Assembly: GCA_023920165.1 (NCBI GenBank)
Contig: CP089276.1
Coordinates: 2,294,001-2,358,000, forward strand
Direction of reading: 5' to 3'
DNA length: 64,000 nucleotides
Source: Curvularia clavata
Taxonomy: Eukaryota
Made by a program: the position numbers and the translations under genes. Every line of letters begins with the position of its first letter. The stretch's first letter is position 1. The notes under the pieces were generated by a model. The model was not told the origin of the DNA. It saw nothing but the letters and a program-made list of their open reading frames with translations, and did no database searches. Positions 34,800 through 48,071 of the stretch are shown here, piece by piece.

Positions 34800-36572
34800 T
34801 GTGTTGTAGCGCGGTAGTTGGTGTTGGTAAAAAAGTCAAGCGAAATCGCGAGTCAACTGGAAAGCTTGACTTCAGTGGCCCACCTTGGATAGCGTCGCTT
34901 GGCGTATGCCAGGGCGGGTGATCCCCCAATAGGCGGGGCGATCCCCCAGCGCCCCAGACTTATCCTCCAGACCACATGCCTACTCGACAATTTACTGACA
35001 GGTCCCAGCAATGAAATACAGCGCTTTGTTTGCGAAAATTCGAGTAAAAATACAAGTAGCACCTAGAGCTAACTGTTGGTCAGGGAATTGAATACGATAT
35101 ATAGTTGCGGTGAAGTTTAACCCCTGTGCGTTTTATTGAAGAAAAGCAAATCGTAAGATTGATTGATTAGTTTGGCCGGCTATATTGTGTACTAGTCCGC
35201 ATTGGGACGACAGCAACCATCACTGACCAGAGCCCTCGATTGCCAGCATTGCATTGCACAACTTCACGATGACGCCAGAGAGGGATTTGCAACGGCATGT
35301 AGCGCATCCAAGCGACATGCTTCTGGCGGCTTCCGACATAGCCGCTGGCAACAAAGAATGGCCCCAAGATCCAGGAACGAGGGTTTGCGCCACCCGCGCC
35401 CGGCAGTAATCCTTTGACAAGCCCTGTGCCGCCGATATGCACACGACTAATGCCACCGTTGTGAGCGTGATTTGCTGGAGATGGGCAAAACACGACGCCG
35501 TCATGTCGATCGACGAATGGAGCTGCGACGGCGCTTCTGAGCTTGGTCACTGCTCGCTACAGCGCGCAATTTGTCGCGGGCGGCATCTTGACAGCTTTAC
35601 TACGGATTCTGCGCCGGCTCGACGCAGGATCCCTTAATTACGCGCCGTCAGACTTCATGTGAAGCCCGCAGGGATCGCTATCCTTCTACGGACTAAAATT
35701 CTGTTGACAGCACCGAGTCACCTGCTGGGTTGGGATGATTTCCTTGCCTGCACGAAAGAGGCGCTGCATCCAAATTGAGATGGACGGCCGGTCAGCCCCG
35801 GTTGGCATTGGTCGCCGCCGCCAGGGATGTCACTACTCCTCTAGCTCGACTCAGAAAAGACGACCATGACTGGTCTGGGGTAGGTTATTGCTACCTCATC
35901 CTCCGATCCACCCAGGGCTTCTTCCGCTGTTCGCGTGCCCACTTCCACTTTGCCCAGGCATTACTACAAGGCGCCCCTACGCCTCTTGGCCTCCGCTCAT
36001 GCAACCACTCACGGCTCGGTTGACTCCCGCGCTATACGAGCTCCGTGGATAACCCAGCAACAAGCAAACAGAGCATGTGCCAGTTGACCCTCTGCATTGT
36101 CTGACCTCGGCTTCCTGTTGCTAGATAGGTGGCAAGCATCTCGGAGTCCCATCCTGATGAGGCTACTCTCGGGCCCCCCTTCGTCTCCTTCACGGCCATT
36201 ATGTGGCCCGTCTCTGATCGTACCCTTTTCCATGCTGGCCCGGCAGGGACTTATTGTTGGTTGCATCGCCAATTGCAGCATCGCATGAGAGGGGCTTCTC
36301 GGTTCATGCTGTGCATGTGAAGTCCTTTTACACCTTTCCCCAGGTTACCACGCCTCTGCCCTTTGCTTTCCCCGCATTCCACCCACATATCTTGGGTGAT
36401 TGTGGTGATCTACTGCTCGCGGCCCGGTTCTATTTAACATTCGTCTGATTCTCTGTCTGTCGACCAGCCGCAAAGTTTGTGCGACTTTCACGTCCCTCGG
36501 TTGACGGGACATCTCACGGCAACCCAGTTATTCCGAGCATAAACCTGCTGTAGTACCAGAACGACACTCACC

Positions 36573-37746
36573 ATGGACGACAAGGGAGCATCGACACGTG
36601 CCGAAAATGTCTACACTACACCCCAGACCAGAGGTGGTGTTATGAACAAGCTGTACCCACCAGGTGAGAAGCCGGGTGCCAAGGGCCGCATGAAGAACCA
36701 CTGCCGGAAGTTCTGGTGGTGTGGTAAGTGAATCCCGAGGATGCCAACGGCTCGTGTGTTTGTTAACATGTGGCAGATTGTTTGGTGTTTGCCATCATTG
36801 TATTGGTCGTTTTGCTGCCAATCATCTACGTCGCTATACCAAAGAAGGCACAGAGTGAGATCAATGCTTCGACAATCGAGGTCCTCTCGCAGGAAGTCAC
36901 CAACCCGCACCCGGACGGTGTCCATCTAAAGATGGATACCGTCATCAGGAGTGACAGCAGCTATCACCCTAAGATTGACGGCTTCCGCGCTGGCCTATCA
37001 CTCAAAGGACAGTCACCCTTCATGTACATCAACATTCCCCAAGTCAAGTCTGAGGCAGAGACTCCCGTCACGGTTGATCAAGATGCTCCGCTTGTCAGCA
37101 GGGAGGCATTTTCCGAATACACCAAGCTAGTCCTAGCTAGTGAGGAATTCAATGTCTATCTGAATGGCAAGACCAACATCCACCTTTCCGGTCTTCCGAA
37201 AATGGACGTCAAATACAACAAGGTTGTTACGATGAAGGGTGTGTACTGAGATGGTCTCACATATACTCATATACAAGCTAACAGTGGCCAGGTCTGAACA
37301 AGCTCGAGGGCCTCAACATCAGCGACGTTCGCATCCTTTCTGGCGAAAACATCCTTCCCGACAACTCCAACCTCGTTGCCAACGTCACCATCCCCAACCC
37401 CTCGGTCATGACGCTCGATCTTGGTAATGTCACTTTGAACCTCAACGTCGATGACAAGGAAATCGGCTACGCTCTTATCCCTAACCTGTACCTCAAGCCC
37501 GGCACCAACAAGTTCGCCCTGCAAAGCCGTGTCGACCAGTTGGTCATCCTTGGTCTCATTACCTCAAAGTACAAAGATGCTGTTCTCCCTCTGCAGATTC
37601 TCGGCAACTCGAGTATCAAGGATGGCGAGCATTTGACTTACTACGAGGAGGCGATTAAAAGCAACGTCATCAACCTGAACTTGGACGTTGGACCGGCGCT
37701 CGCGGGTATCGGTCTTAATACTACGGCTTTTGGCGGTTCGCGTTAG
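36573..37746 (+). CDS. DUF3712-like single-pass membrane protein
   Basis: Introns 36724-36776 and 37239-37291. KNHCRKFWWC followed by a TM, then PKKAQSEIN, YNKVVTMKGLNKLEG and IPNPSVMTLDLGNVT. Confidence 0.8.
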
Positions 37747-38084
37747 ATGATCAGATTGTGAGAGAGAGGGGGTTGGATGATGTCGATGATAATGTTGGAG
37801 AGGTGTTGTGTTGCAGATGGTAATGAGGTGTGATGTTTGTATGATATCCCATCGTTTGAGAGAGAACAGAAAATACATAGTTATTACTTTGTGTTTCTGC
37901 GTGTTGTTAATCATTGGGCGTAGTACAGACTAAAGCTTCTTTGACTCCTCTCGTACAGAAAATGAGTGGGTATACTGGACACTGGACAGCTTAGGTATAT
38001 GATAAGCGCGAAGACACCTCAGTACAAACACCCATCTATCCCCACCCTTCTTCTCCCTCCCCAATCTGCTCCCAGCGATATCCT

Positions 38085-38648
38085 TCATCCCTCAATCTCC
38101 CACTCCCCTTCAAAGAATTCCACAACAGCCACCGCCCCCTGCCGCCCCAACGCTCCCTCCAATCTACCCATGCTCTCCGCGTCTCCCGCAGCAGCCGCTA
38201 GAGCTAGCAGCACGAGTTCTCGTAGACTACCCACGATGTCACTGAGAGCAATGACTTGAGTTGTGCTCAGCGGCGGTTCAGTGGTGCAGTAGGGGAGAAG
38301 GGTGGAGACTGTGGTTTCGGTGGGAAGGCTGGGAGTGTGAAGGGACATGTGGCTGGGATGAGCGTAGGTGCTGTTGTTGTGGTTTTTGCTGGTAGTGAAG
38401 GCGTAAGTCCCGGGATGGTGATTTGCTGCGCCGTGTGCTTGGGGCAGAGTAAGGTTCTCGCGTCGGGGGGAGTGCTGGGGATGAGCGTGGACTTCTCGGG
38501 ACCCAGCTGAGGTGGCTTTTGCGATGAATTTGATATGTCGGGTGGAGCTTCGAAGGTATTTTGAAGGTGGTGGCGTGATGAAGCCACTGGTGATTCATTT
38601 GTTAGCAGAATGCTTGTTAGTCAGGGGCAGTGATGCTCACTTTGGCAT
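38085..38648 (-). CDS. 169-aa hypothetical protein with an 8-nt first coding exon
   Basis: ATGCCAAA (38648-38641), intron 38640-38587 (GTGAGC..GCTAAC..CAG), then exon 38586-38085 open in frame (510 nt total). Ends LLPYCTTEPPLS..LSDIVGSLREL..VVEFFEGEWEIEG. Confidence 0.65.
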
Positions 38649-38813
38649 TTCAAGGGCGAATGCAGTGTACTATGGATTGCTGGTGGTTATGGTAATAGAC
38701 TAGAAGAGTGAGTGGAATTATGGTTTCGGTTTGTCTTGGTTCTGTTCACAAGTTGTAAAGGTTTGGATATGCGGAAGGAGCAGGAAGTGTGGATAGGGAA
38801 GGAGCGATGGACT

Positions 38814-38815
<2 letters not shown>

Positions 38816-38881
<66 letters not shown>
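38816..38881. repeat. Perfect (CA)33 microsatellite
   Basis: Direct read. Confidence 0.98.
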
Positions 38882-38882
<1 letters not shown>

Positions 38883-39198
38883 CTGTATAGCACGTAAAGG
38901 CCCAAGGGGCTTCATCAATACAACGAAGCAGTTACGAGAATATAACTCAGGAACCAACTGGGTCAGGTGGGTAGCGTGGCTCTATCGTCTATGTATGGCT
39001 GGTCCTTGTAAATTTTTAAAGATGGCTATTTACATGGCTATAGTACATGTGAACACACAAAACCTGAACTCGTACTGCAAACACATATGTCTGCATCTGT
39101 AAACCGGGAGGGTATCATGAGAGGAGAGTATGGAAATGATAAAGAAGTGTCCAGGTAGTTAGGTGAGGTCTATCGCGTGTACATTTCTGGTACTTCGC

Positions 39199-40031
39199 TT
39201 ACGAAGTCTTTTCTGCCGATCGCTGTTCAGTGACCGGGCTCTCAGCTTGAGCTGTTGCGTCGGCTGCGGGAACAGGTTCCATGGATTCGGATTTTGTGGA
39301 TTCGGGCTTTGTAGTCGCCGACTTTGTAGGGTCGACATTCTTCTCTTCAGAATGCCCCTTGCTTTCAGTGTGTCCCTTCCAAAAACTCAACAACTTGGAT
39401 GGCACGGGCTCAGGGTGCTTTGCCTTGAATTCTTCAAGCTCTGCTTTGACAGCTTTGAGCTCGGCTTGTACTGCTTCCAAATCCTCTCTGATGTCGTCTC
39501 TAGCGTTTTTGGCCTTTCTTCGTTGCCTCCACTGCTCCACAAGGATTACGGCAATACCAACAGCAAAGATGAAGGTCTCGGCAACGAAGTTTGCACCCAT
39601 CTCAATGGCCTTTTGTTCGGAGAGCGGCCGGATGCGTGGTCGGGCCCTTTCTTCTGCTTTCTTCTTGATAGCCTCTCTCTCCTTCTCCGTAAGAGCTTCT
39701 TCTGCCTTGGTCTGTTCCTCAGTCAGGACAGTGGGCGCGGCCGCCTCCTTCCGTCTGGCCTCTGCCATAGCAACTTCTTTTTTGATCTGCCGATCTATGA
39801 CAGCGGGGTCCTGGAGAAGGCCGAGGCGCATGCGCATATCGACGCGGTGCAGTCCTTGGGCAAACTTTACGCATACTCGGCGAAAGCGTTCGTGCTCGTG
39901 TGCATTGCGTTTTATGGCATTCTGGGACGTATCAGTTGCAGTCCCAGAGACGAAATAGCACGTTGACGTACTGCCACGGGCTTCGCAAGCGTCCTGACGA
40001 ACAGCGAAGTAACTTTGAGGGTGAGAGACAT
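39199..40031 (-). CDS. OPA3-family mitochondrial protein
   Basis: Intron 39971-39922. MSLTLKVTSLFVRTLAKPVANAIK..FAQGLHRVD..IRPLSEQKAIEMGANFVAETFIFAV plus a coiled coil. Confidence 0.9.
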
Positions 40032-40508
40032 GTTTAGCGGTGCTGCGGCCGGCTATCTATTCGGAAATGTACAAGCAATAGGCGAACAAAGGTGCATTGC
40101 CAATTCTACGGGGCAGAAGACATGTCGGAGGGCGGAAACGGCGCTTCGTAGTGCTGCTTGTGGTGGTTGAGCTTGTTCTAGAGCGGGACGTTGGATTTGC
40201 AGCTGCCTGACGACAGGCCGGACATGGCTCCACAGCCGCCGACGACAAGCCGCAGCTATGGAATTGAGAGCGCAACACGATGCTGTCCAATGCATTGAAG
40301 CCACATAATAGCCACGGGACGACTAGATCGGATTCAGCCGCGTCTCATCACTCTTACGGTATCAGGCCAAAGGTTGATTGTGCACGCAGCAGTGCATGTG
40401 CACGGATCGGGAAGGAACCCCATGGCCCTAGCAACGGCGCTAAGCCGCTGAGTGTTTACGACCATCAACACAGCGGTTCCATTTCATCATCTTCACACTC
40501 CATCGCCA

Positions 40509-43246
40509 ATGTCTGCCTCGACGATACACGCAGATGCCCCGCCGGCTGTGGTGCAGGACCCCGAAGGCCTTCAGTATGAGACAGGAGTGCAGCTGGGCAA
40601 AGGCGGCTTCGCCATCTGCCATCGCGCAAAGCTGCTGGGTCACGAGCACCTCGGCAGCAGCACCGTCGCTTTGAAAATTGTCAAATCCAAAATGGAGCCG
40701 CCCAAACTGGCACAAAAGGTGCTATCTACCTGAACACGATGGTGACGCAGGCTGTGCTGACAACCCAAACAGTTTGTGACGGAGCTCCAGATCCACTCGA
40801 AGCTATCCCACCCCAACATTGTCGAGTTCTTCCGCGCCTTTTCCTTTGAATCGAGCACCTACGTCGTTCTGGAGCTGTGCGAAAACGGCTCGCTGGCCGA
40901 CGCCATCAAGAAGCGCAAGTACTTCACCATGCCTGAGATCCGCCGGTTCATGATCCAAACATGCGGCGCCATCAAGTACCTACACCAGCGCAACATTGTC
41001 CATCGCGATCTCAAGACCGGTAACTTGTTTCTCGACCGCGACATGAATGTCAAGGTTGGTGACTTTGGCTTGGCCGCATTGTTGGTATCACAGAGCGACT
41101 ATGGGGCGATCCGTCGAACGACCATGTGCGGCACGCCCAACTACCTTGCTCCAGAGGTTTTGGAGAAGACTGGAAAGGGCCACGACGAAAAGGTCGATCT
41201 CTGGGCCATTGGAATCATGATGTACACACTCGCTGTCGGTAGGGCGCCGTTCCATGCTGCGAAGCGCGAAGATATCTACCGGAAGCTGAAGGCGCGCGAA
41301 TACACCTGGCCAGACCTCGCAAAGTTCGCCAACGAAATTACTGACGATCTGCGTGATATTGTTTCTCTGCTACTCGTACACGAAGATGAGCGACCGACGC
41401 CTGACCAGATTGTCGCGCACCCATTCTTCAAACTGGGCTATATCCCGCTAGAACTCGACAGCGGATGCACCTCGAGGATACCAAAATGGCCCAAGAACCG
41501 CCCACCGACTGCTTCGACGATTAGACGCGGATACACCGAGGAGTGGTGGCAGCTTTGCAAGTCCTCCGCCGTCGGTGAATATGAGCCTGGAAAGTCGTTT
41601 GGTGCATACGGTCGCAGGACGAACAAGACAGTAGCAAGAGACTGCCAAAAGGAGATCGAAGCCGGCAAACAGCCCAGCATTCCCTTTGCCAAGGACGTCG
41701 TATATGTGCCTTTCCCTGCGCGTGTGCAGTGGCCACACCACCCACCTGGAGGATTGAGCGAGATATCAGAGGAAAAAGAATCATCACAAGAAGGCCACGC
41801 ACTTACTGAGACCACTGGCAATGACCGAACCAAAGCCCGTGTGCCCAGGAGCTCAAGAAGGGAGCAACCTCCAGTTCAGACACTCAAGGAGAACGCGGAT
41901 CCAGTTGAAGAACCTGAACAGGCACACAGGATTTCGGACAAGCAACCGACTCGTCTGAGGGCAGTTCGCAAAATCTCGAACCCTGGTCGCGTCACAGCCA
42001 ACACAGCAACAGCGCCTGCGCCACTACGTGTTCCTCGCGAAGCACGAGCGACAACTCGTTCGAGGGCTACAAAAGAACCCGCCAAGGAGACCTCAAAAAC
42101 TTCTTCAACGGGACTTCCCGACCTGCCGCCACTACGAGTTGTCCGATCGAGCACCCGAGAGAGTGACAAATCTGAGCCGGCTTCTCAGTCGTCTCAGTCG
42201 TCTCAATCGTCTCAATCGTCGACTTCGCGAAGCGCTCCCCGCTACCGCACCATTGGCTCTGATATGCCTGCAACCGACCCGGTAGCCGTACTGGCACGTC
42301 TGATGACCTTCCGTGATAACCTGGAAAGAGTACTAGACAAGAAGCCCACCAAGTCGAGACGGGAGCAGCCACCACAATTGCCATTTGTTGCAAAATGGGT
42401 CGACTATAGCCGCCGATATGGTGTTGGATATGTTCTCAGCGACGGCAGTATCGGAACGCTCTTGTCCGCGGAGGAGCAATACCCAGTCACAATTGCGTTT
42501 GCTACGGACGGATACAACCATCTGCGGAAGGCTGGAGGCAACCGGGAGCTCGCCAAAAGCGTGGCATTGAACTATTATACAACAGTCAAGAAGGATCGAG
42601 GGCTATCGCAGATCGAAGTGCTTGACTCGCGGCGCGTTGAGGAGATCCGCACAGTTTGGCACAAGTTTGGGAAGTACATGTGCGCAACATTTGGCGATGA
42701 GGAGAAGCCGCTGAGGAAGGATCCTCGTGTAAACTTTGTCCGCTTCTATCAACGATTGGGCAATGTGGGGATCTGGGGATTCGACGATGGATCATTCCAG
42801 GTGAGTACCTTAGCGCCTTTTCCCCAATAAACTCAACTAACAAATGCCAGTTCAATTTTCCCGATCACACTAAGCTTGTCCTTTCATCAGACGCTGGATA
42901 CGGACACTTTTTGTGCCTGCCACTTGACGCAACGTCTCTCCTCGAAGAGACGGGCAGTGTACCTTGGAAACACGTCAAAGCTCGTGCTAATCTACGTGGC
43001 TCTCTGCAGCAGCTTTTGTATGGCTCGGCGGACAAGGAAGACAGCTACAAGGAGCTCACAGAGAGCAACCTCCTGCGGGCAAAGATCGAGTTCATCTATG
43101 CCGTCGTTGTGGAATGGTGCCAACAGGGAGGGCTTGGGTGCCTGGTAGACCCCAAAATCTACTCTTGGGGCGGCCCCCAGCTTGAGGAATCTAGGCGGTT
43201 AGACTGGGCGAGTGTCGGGCGTTTTGGTGGCGATGTTTTCTCATGA
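40509..43246 (+). CDS. CDC5: Polo-like kinase (Cdc5/PlkA)
   Basis: Introns 40719-40772 and 42801-42850. LGKGGFAICH, HRDLKTGN, GDFGLAA, TMCGTPNYLAPE, and polo boxes KWVDYSRRYGVGY and FQFNFPDHTKLVL. Start codon less certain. Confidence 0.92.
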
Positions 43247-44011
43247 TGACTGAACGATGGCTTTCAGCGTGCAAGCGACGGCGTTTTGTGGTTTACTTTT
43301 GATTTTGGGACTTATTTCTACAAGGGCTATAGGCATTTCCGTGGCGTTGGAGTTGCTGGACCAAGTGTTCGCCTTTATTCGGACACTCGTTTACGACCAG
43401 TTTGCATATCGAAGGGCGTTGGGGTAGCTGTAGCCATGAAGAACGATTTGGTTGTGAATGCCAGTCCTGATGCCTAAGGCGTGACGAAGCGACACGTAAG
43501 CGGACACCAGTGTACACACGCGGCGGCGGGTGTTGTTTGTTAGCAGCACATCAGGCAGAAACGCTGCCCAAGAGCCGTAGCAGCCGCCGTGTATGCGCAG
43601 TGCAGTGCAGCCGGAAAAAGATAATGTTTAGTATAATCACGCCGTGTCGGAGCAGCCCAGGCAACTATCTATGTACCAGTATATGCCGCAACAGCTTGCG
43701 CGTCCGACAAGTGGGCTGTGGCTGTGCTGGGGCGAGTGGCATTCCGACGAGCCCGAATGAAGGCTCGCCTTGTCGTGGTCCCTCTCTGACGTTGATCCCC
43801 GACTTCGAGACGATCGCGGCCAACTCACCACACCCTCCCACACTTTTGAGCCGCCGCTCCTCACCCCTCCCCCGAACCCGAGCGAGAGCATTTGGCTCTT
43901 GACGCCTATTGACATCATTTCTGCGGTATTCTAAGCGCAGCCCTACACACCCAACCCCCCACCGCTGGCCGACTCTAGCTACCACTGCCAGCTCGAGATC
44001 GGGCATCAACC

Positions 44012-47000
44012 ATGGTACACGGAAAAAGTTCACTCTACACAACGGCACCCAGCTAATCAGTGCGGTGTGTAGGGGAAAACCAACCGCGCAGCGCGCAAGG
44101 CCGTTGGTGGCCAGTCCGCCGCAAGGGCAGCCCCCAAGGCCCAGTTCGCAACCAAGGCCGTCTTCGAGACCACCAAGAAGAAGGAGGTCGGTGTCTCGGA
44201 CCTAACGCTGATTAGCAAAATCTCCAATGAGGCCATCAACGACAACTTGAAGAAGCGATTTGAGAATGGCGAGATATACGTGCGTCGACCCGCTTGCGCC
44301 GACCCCACGCCGCATACACACGCCGCAACACAATGGCACAGCGACTGACAAGAGGCGCAGACATATATCGGACACGTTCTGGTGTCTGTCAATCCGTTCC
44401 GCGACTGTGAGAGGAGTCATGTGCGCTTGCATGCGGCCGAGGCTAACAGCTGGCAGTGGGCATCTACACCGACCAAGTACTAGAGAGTTACAAGGGCAAG
44501 AATAGGCTGGAGGTGCGACTCACAGGAGCTGGCTAGGCATTCAGAACTGACCACGCATAGGTTCCGCCCCATGTCTTCGCAATTGCCGAGTCTGCTTACT
44601 ACAACATGAACGCATACAAGGAGAACCAGTGTGTGATCATCTCAGGCGAGTCAGGAGCAGGAAAGACTGAGGCAGCAAAGCGATTGATGCAGTACATCGC
44701 CAACGTCTCCGGCGGAAGCAACTCGTCCATTCAGGAGATCAAGGACATGGTGCTAGCCACTAACCCCCTACTCGAATCTTTCGGAAACGCAAAGACACTG
44801 AGGAACAACAACTCATCGCGATTCGGAAAGTACCTTGAAATCCACTTCAACGCCCAAGGAGAGCCAGTCGGAGCAAACATCAACAACTACCTTCTGGAAA
44901 AGACTCGTGTAGTGGGCCAGATTACAAACGAGCGTAACTTCCATATTTTCTACCAGTTTACAAAGGCGGCTTCGTCACATTACAGGGGTAAGATCTGGCT
45001 ATATTTACTTCAGCGAGTCTGCGCTAAAACATTGTAGAAATTTTCGGCCTGCAACAACCGCAATCCTACGTTTACACGAGCCGTTCGAAATGCTTCGATG
45101 TCCCAGGAATTGACGACCACGCCGAATTCAGCGACACGCTGAACGCCATGAAGGTGATTGGACTGCCACAGGCGGAGCAAGATAACATTTTCCGAATGCT
45201 TGCCGCTATCCTTTGGTTAGGCAATGTATCTTTCCGGGAAGACGATTCAGGCAATGCGGCTATTGTAGACCAATCTGTGGTCGATTTCGTGGCCTACCTT
45301 CTTGAAGTTGACGCTGCGCACGTCAACAAGGCGATTACGATTCGTGTCATGGAGACAAGCCGCGGAGGACGACGAGGGTCGGTATACGACGTGCCGTTGA
45401 ACTGCGCGCAAGCAGGCGCTGTCCGAGACGCACTTGCCAAGGGTATCTACTTCAACCTCTTCGATTGGATCGTAGAGCGCGTCAATGTATCCCTGCAAGC
45501 CCGTGGCGCCACCGCTCACTCCATTGGTATTCTCGATATCTACGGCTTTGAGATTTTCGAGAAGAACAGCTTTGAGCAGTTGTGCATCAACTATGTCAAC
45601 GAGAAGCTGCAGCAAATCTTCATTCAGTTGACCTTGAAGGCGGAGCAAGAAGAGTACGAGCGAGAACAGATCAAGTGGACTCCCATCAAGTACTTTGACA
45701 ACAAGATTGTCTGTGACTTGATCGAAGAGAAGCGTCCTCCGGGTGTTTTCGCTGCCCTGAACGACGCCTGCGCAACGGCGCACGCGGATCCGACGGCCGC
45801 CGATCAAACCTTCGTCCAGAGGCTTAACGCTCTTTCGTCGAACCCCAACTTCCAGCCTCGCCAGGGCCAGTTCGTTATCAAACATTACGCTGGCGACGTG
45901 TCGTATGCGATTGACGGAATGACAGACAAGAACAAGGACCAGCTGTTGAAAGACCTGCTGAACCTCCTCGGCCAGAGTAGCAATACTTTTGTCCACACTC
46001 TCTTCCCCAACCAAGTCGATCAGGACAACAAGCGACGGCCCCCTACTGCTGGAGATAAGATCAAGGCTTCCGCTAATGACCTAGTGACTACTCTGATGCA
46101 GGCTCGTCCATCCTACATTCGTACCATCAAGCCAAACGAGAACAAGTCGCCCAAGGAATACAATGACTCAAACGTGCTTCACCAGGTCAAATATCTTGGT
46201 CTGCAGGAAAACGTGCGGATTCGAAGAGCTGGTTTTGCATCGCGTCAAACCTTCGACAAATTCGTGGAGCGATTCTTCCTGTTGTCGCCAAAGTGCTCTT
46301 ACGCTGGAGAATACACTTGGACCGGTGATTACGAGACTGGAGCCAAGCAAATCTTGAAGGACACTAACATACCTGCGGAAGAGTTCCAAATAGGAACGAC
46401 CAAGGTATTCATCAAGACACCAGAAACCCTGTTTGCTTTGGAGACGATGCGTGACCGATACTGGCATAACATGGCTATTCGTATCCAGCGAGCTTGGAGG
46501 AACTACCTACGCTACCGAACCGAATGCGCAATTCGAATACAGCGATTCTGGCGAAAACTCAACGGAGGCAAAGAGTTTATTGAGTGGCGTGACCAAGGAC
46601 ACAAGATTCTTCAAGGTCGAAAGGAAAGGAGAAGATACAGTTTGGTCGGTTCTCGAAGGTTTATGGGCGACTATCTTGGCATTGGAAACCATGGCGGTCC
46701 TGGCGAGATCATTGCCCAAGCCATTGGCATTTCATCCAATGAGGAGGTGCCGTTTTCGTGCCGAGCCGAAGTGCTTGTGTCTAAGCTTGGTCGATCAAGT
46801 AAACCGGAGGCTCGTATGCTGATTCTGACCAAGAAGAACGTCTACCTGGTGAAGCAGGTCATGGTAAATCGCCAGGTTCAGATCCAAGCAGAGAGAACAA
46901 TTCCAGTGGGCGCCATCAAGTTCATCAGCTGTTCTACCCTCAAGGACGATTGGTTCTCGATAGGCGCAGGCTCCCCAACGGAGCCTGATCCGCTCGTCAA

Positions 47001-48071
47001 CTGCGTGTTCAAGACCGAGTTTTTCACGCATATGACCAACGTACTACGAGGTGCACTGACACTCAAAATAGGCGAGACGTAAGTTGCCCGTGTTATGATA
47101 AACACATAGACAAGGCTAATGCAATTACAGCATCGAGTACAACAAGAAGCCCGGCAAACCCGCTCAAGTCAAGACGGTCAAAGACCCTGCAGTACCAAGA
47201 GACGATTTGTACAAGAGTGGCACCATCCACACTGGCCCGGGAGAGCCACCCAACTCTGTGTCGAAGCCCACTCCCAAGGGTAAGCAGGTTGCTGCAAAGC
47301 CCATCACAAAGGGCAAGCTTCTACGGCCCGGTGGCCCAGGTGGAGGACCCTCGAAGCTCGCGTCTCGTCCAGCGCAACCGAGAGCTGTGCCTCAGCCCGC
47401 TGCTGCATCGCAATCCAGGCCTGTTCCAGCACCAGTCGCTGCACTGTCAAACGGTACAAGTGCTCAGACACGTGAGGTTTCGGCAGGTTCTGCACGTGCA
47501 CCACCTCCACCTCCACCTATGCCACAAGCGCGTGCTGCACCACCACCTCAACCGAAGGAGCCTCGGTACAAGGCACTGTATGACTTTGCGGGCCAAAGTG
47601 CCGGCGAGCTGAGTCTTGGGAAGGATGAAATCATTCTGGTCACGCAGAAGGAGAGTAACGGTAAGTGGATCTTTGCCTCTAACGAGAAAGCGAGTAAAGA
47701 GTCAATGACTAACAAAATGAATTACAGGTTGGTGGTTGGCTTCGCGTCTTGACAAATCTGCATCCGGCTGGACGCCATCTGCTTACTTAGAGGAAGTCGT
47801 TGAACGCACATCTGCTCCTCCCCCACCACCAGCGCCACCCGCTCGCCCCGCGAACGGCAAGCCTAAACCGCCCGCTCCACCTGCTAAACGGCCCGCCGCT
47901 AGGAAAGCTGTCAACGGTGATTCTGGCAGAGATAGCGGGTACAGCGGTAGTGGCGGTAGTACCATGGAGAGCGCGAGAGACAGCAGTGGCAGCATCGCTG
48001 GTGGACTTGCAGAAGCGTTGAGACAGAGACAGGCAGCTATGCATGGGCGAAAGGCGGATGAGGATTGGTAG
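44012..48071 (+). CDS. MYO1: Type I myosin (motor, IQ, TH1, SH3, acidic tail)
   Basis: ATG-only first coding exon. Introns 44015-44072, 44280-44360, 44407-44456, 44513-44560, 44988-45037, 47079-47130 and 47661-47727. Motifs [25 protein letters not shown]3 ALYDF and C-terminal DEDW. Confidence 0.96.

Noticed and set aside
35220..35504. 94-aa Cys-containing minus-strand ORF with a hydrophobic N-terminus (candidate effector)
   Set aside because: Weak signal peptide, no codon bias, and overlapped by equally weak ORFs in other frames.
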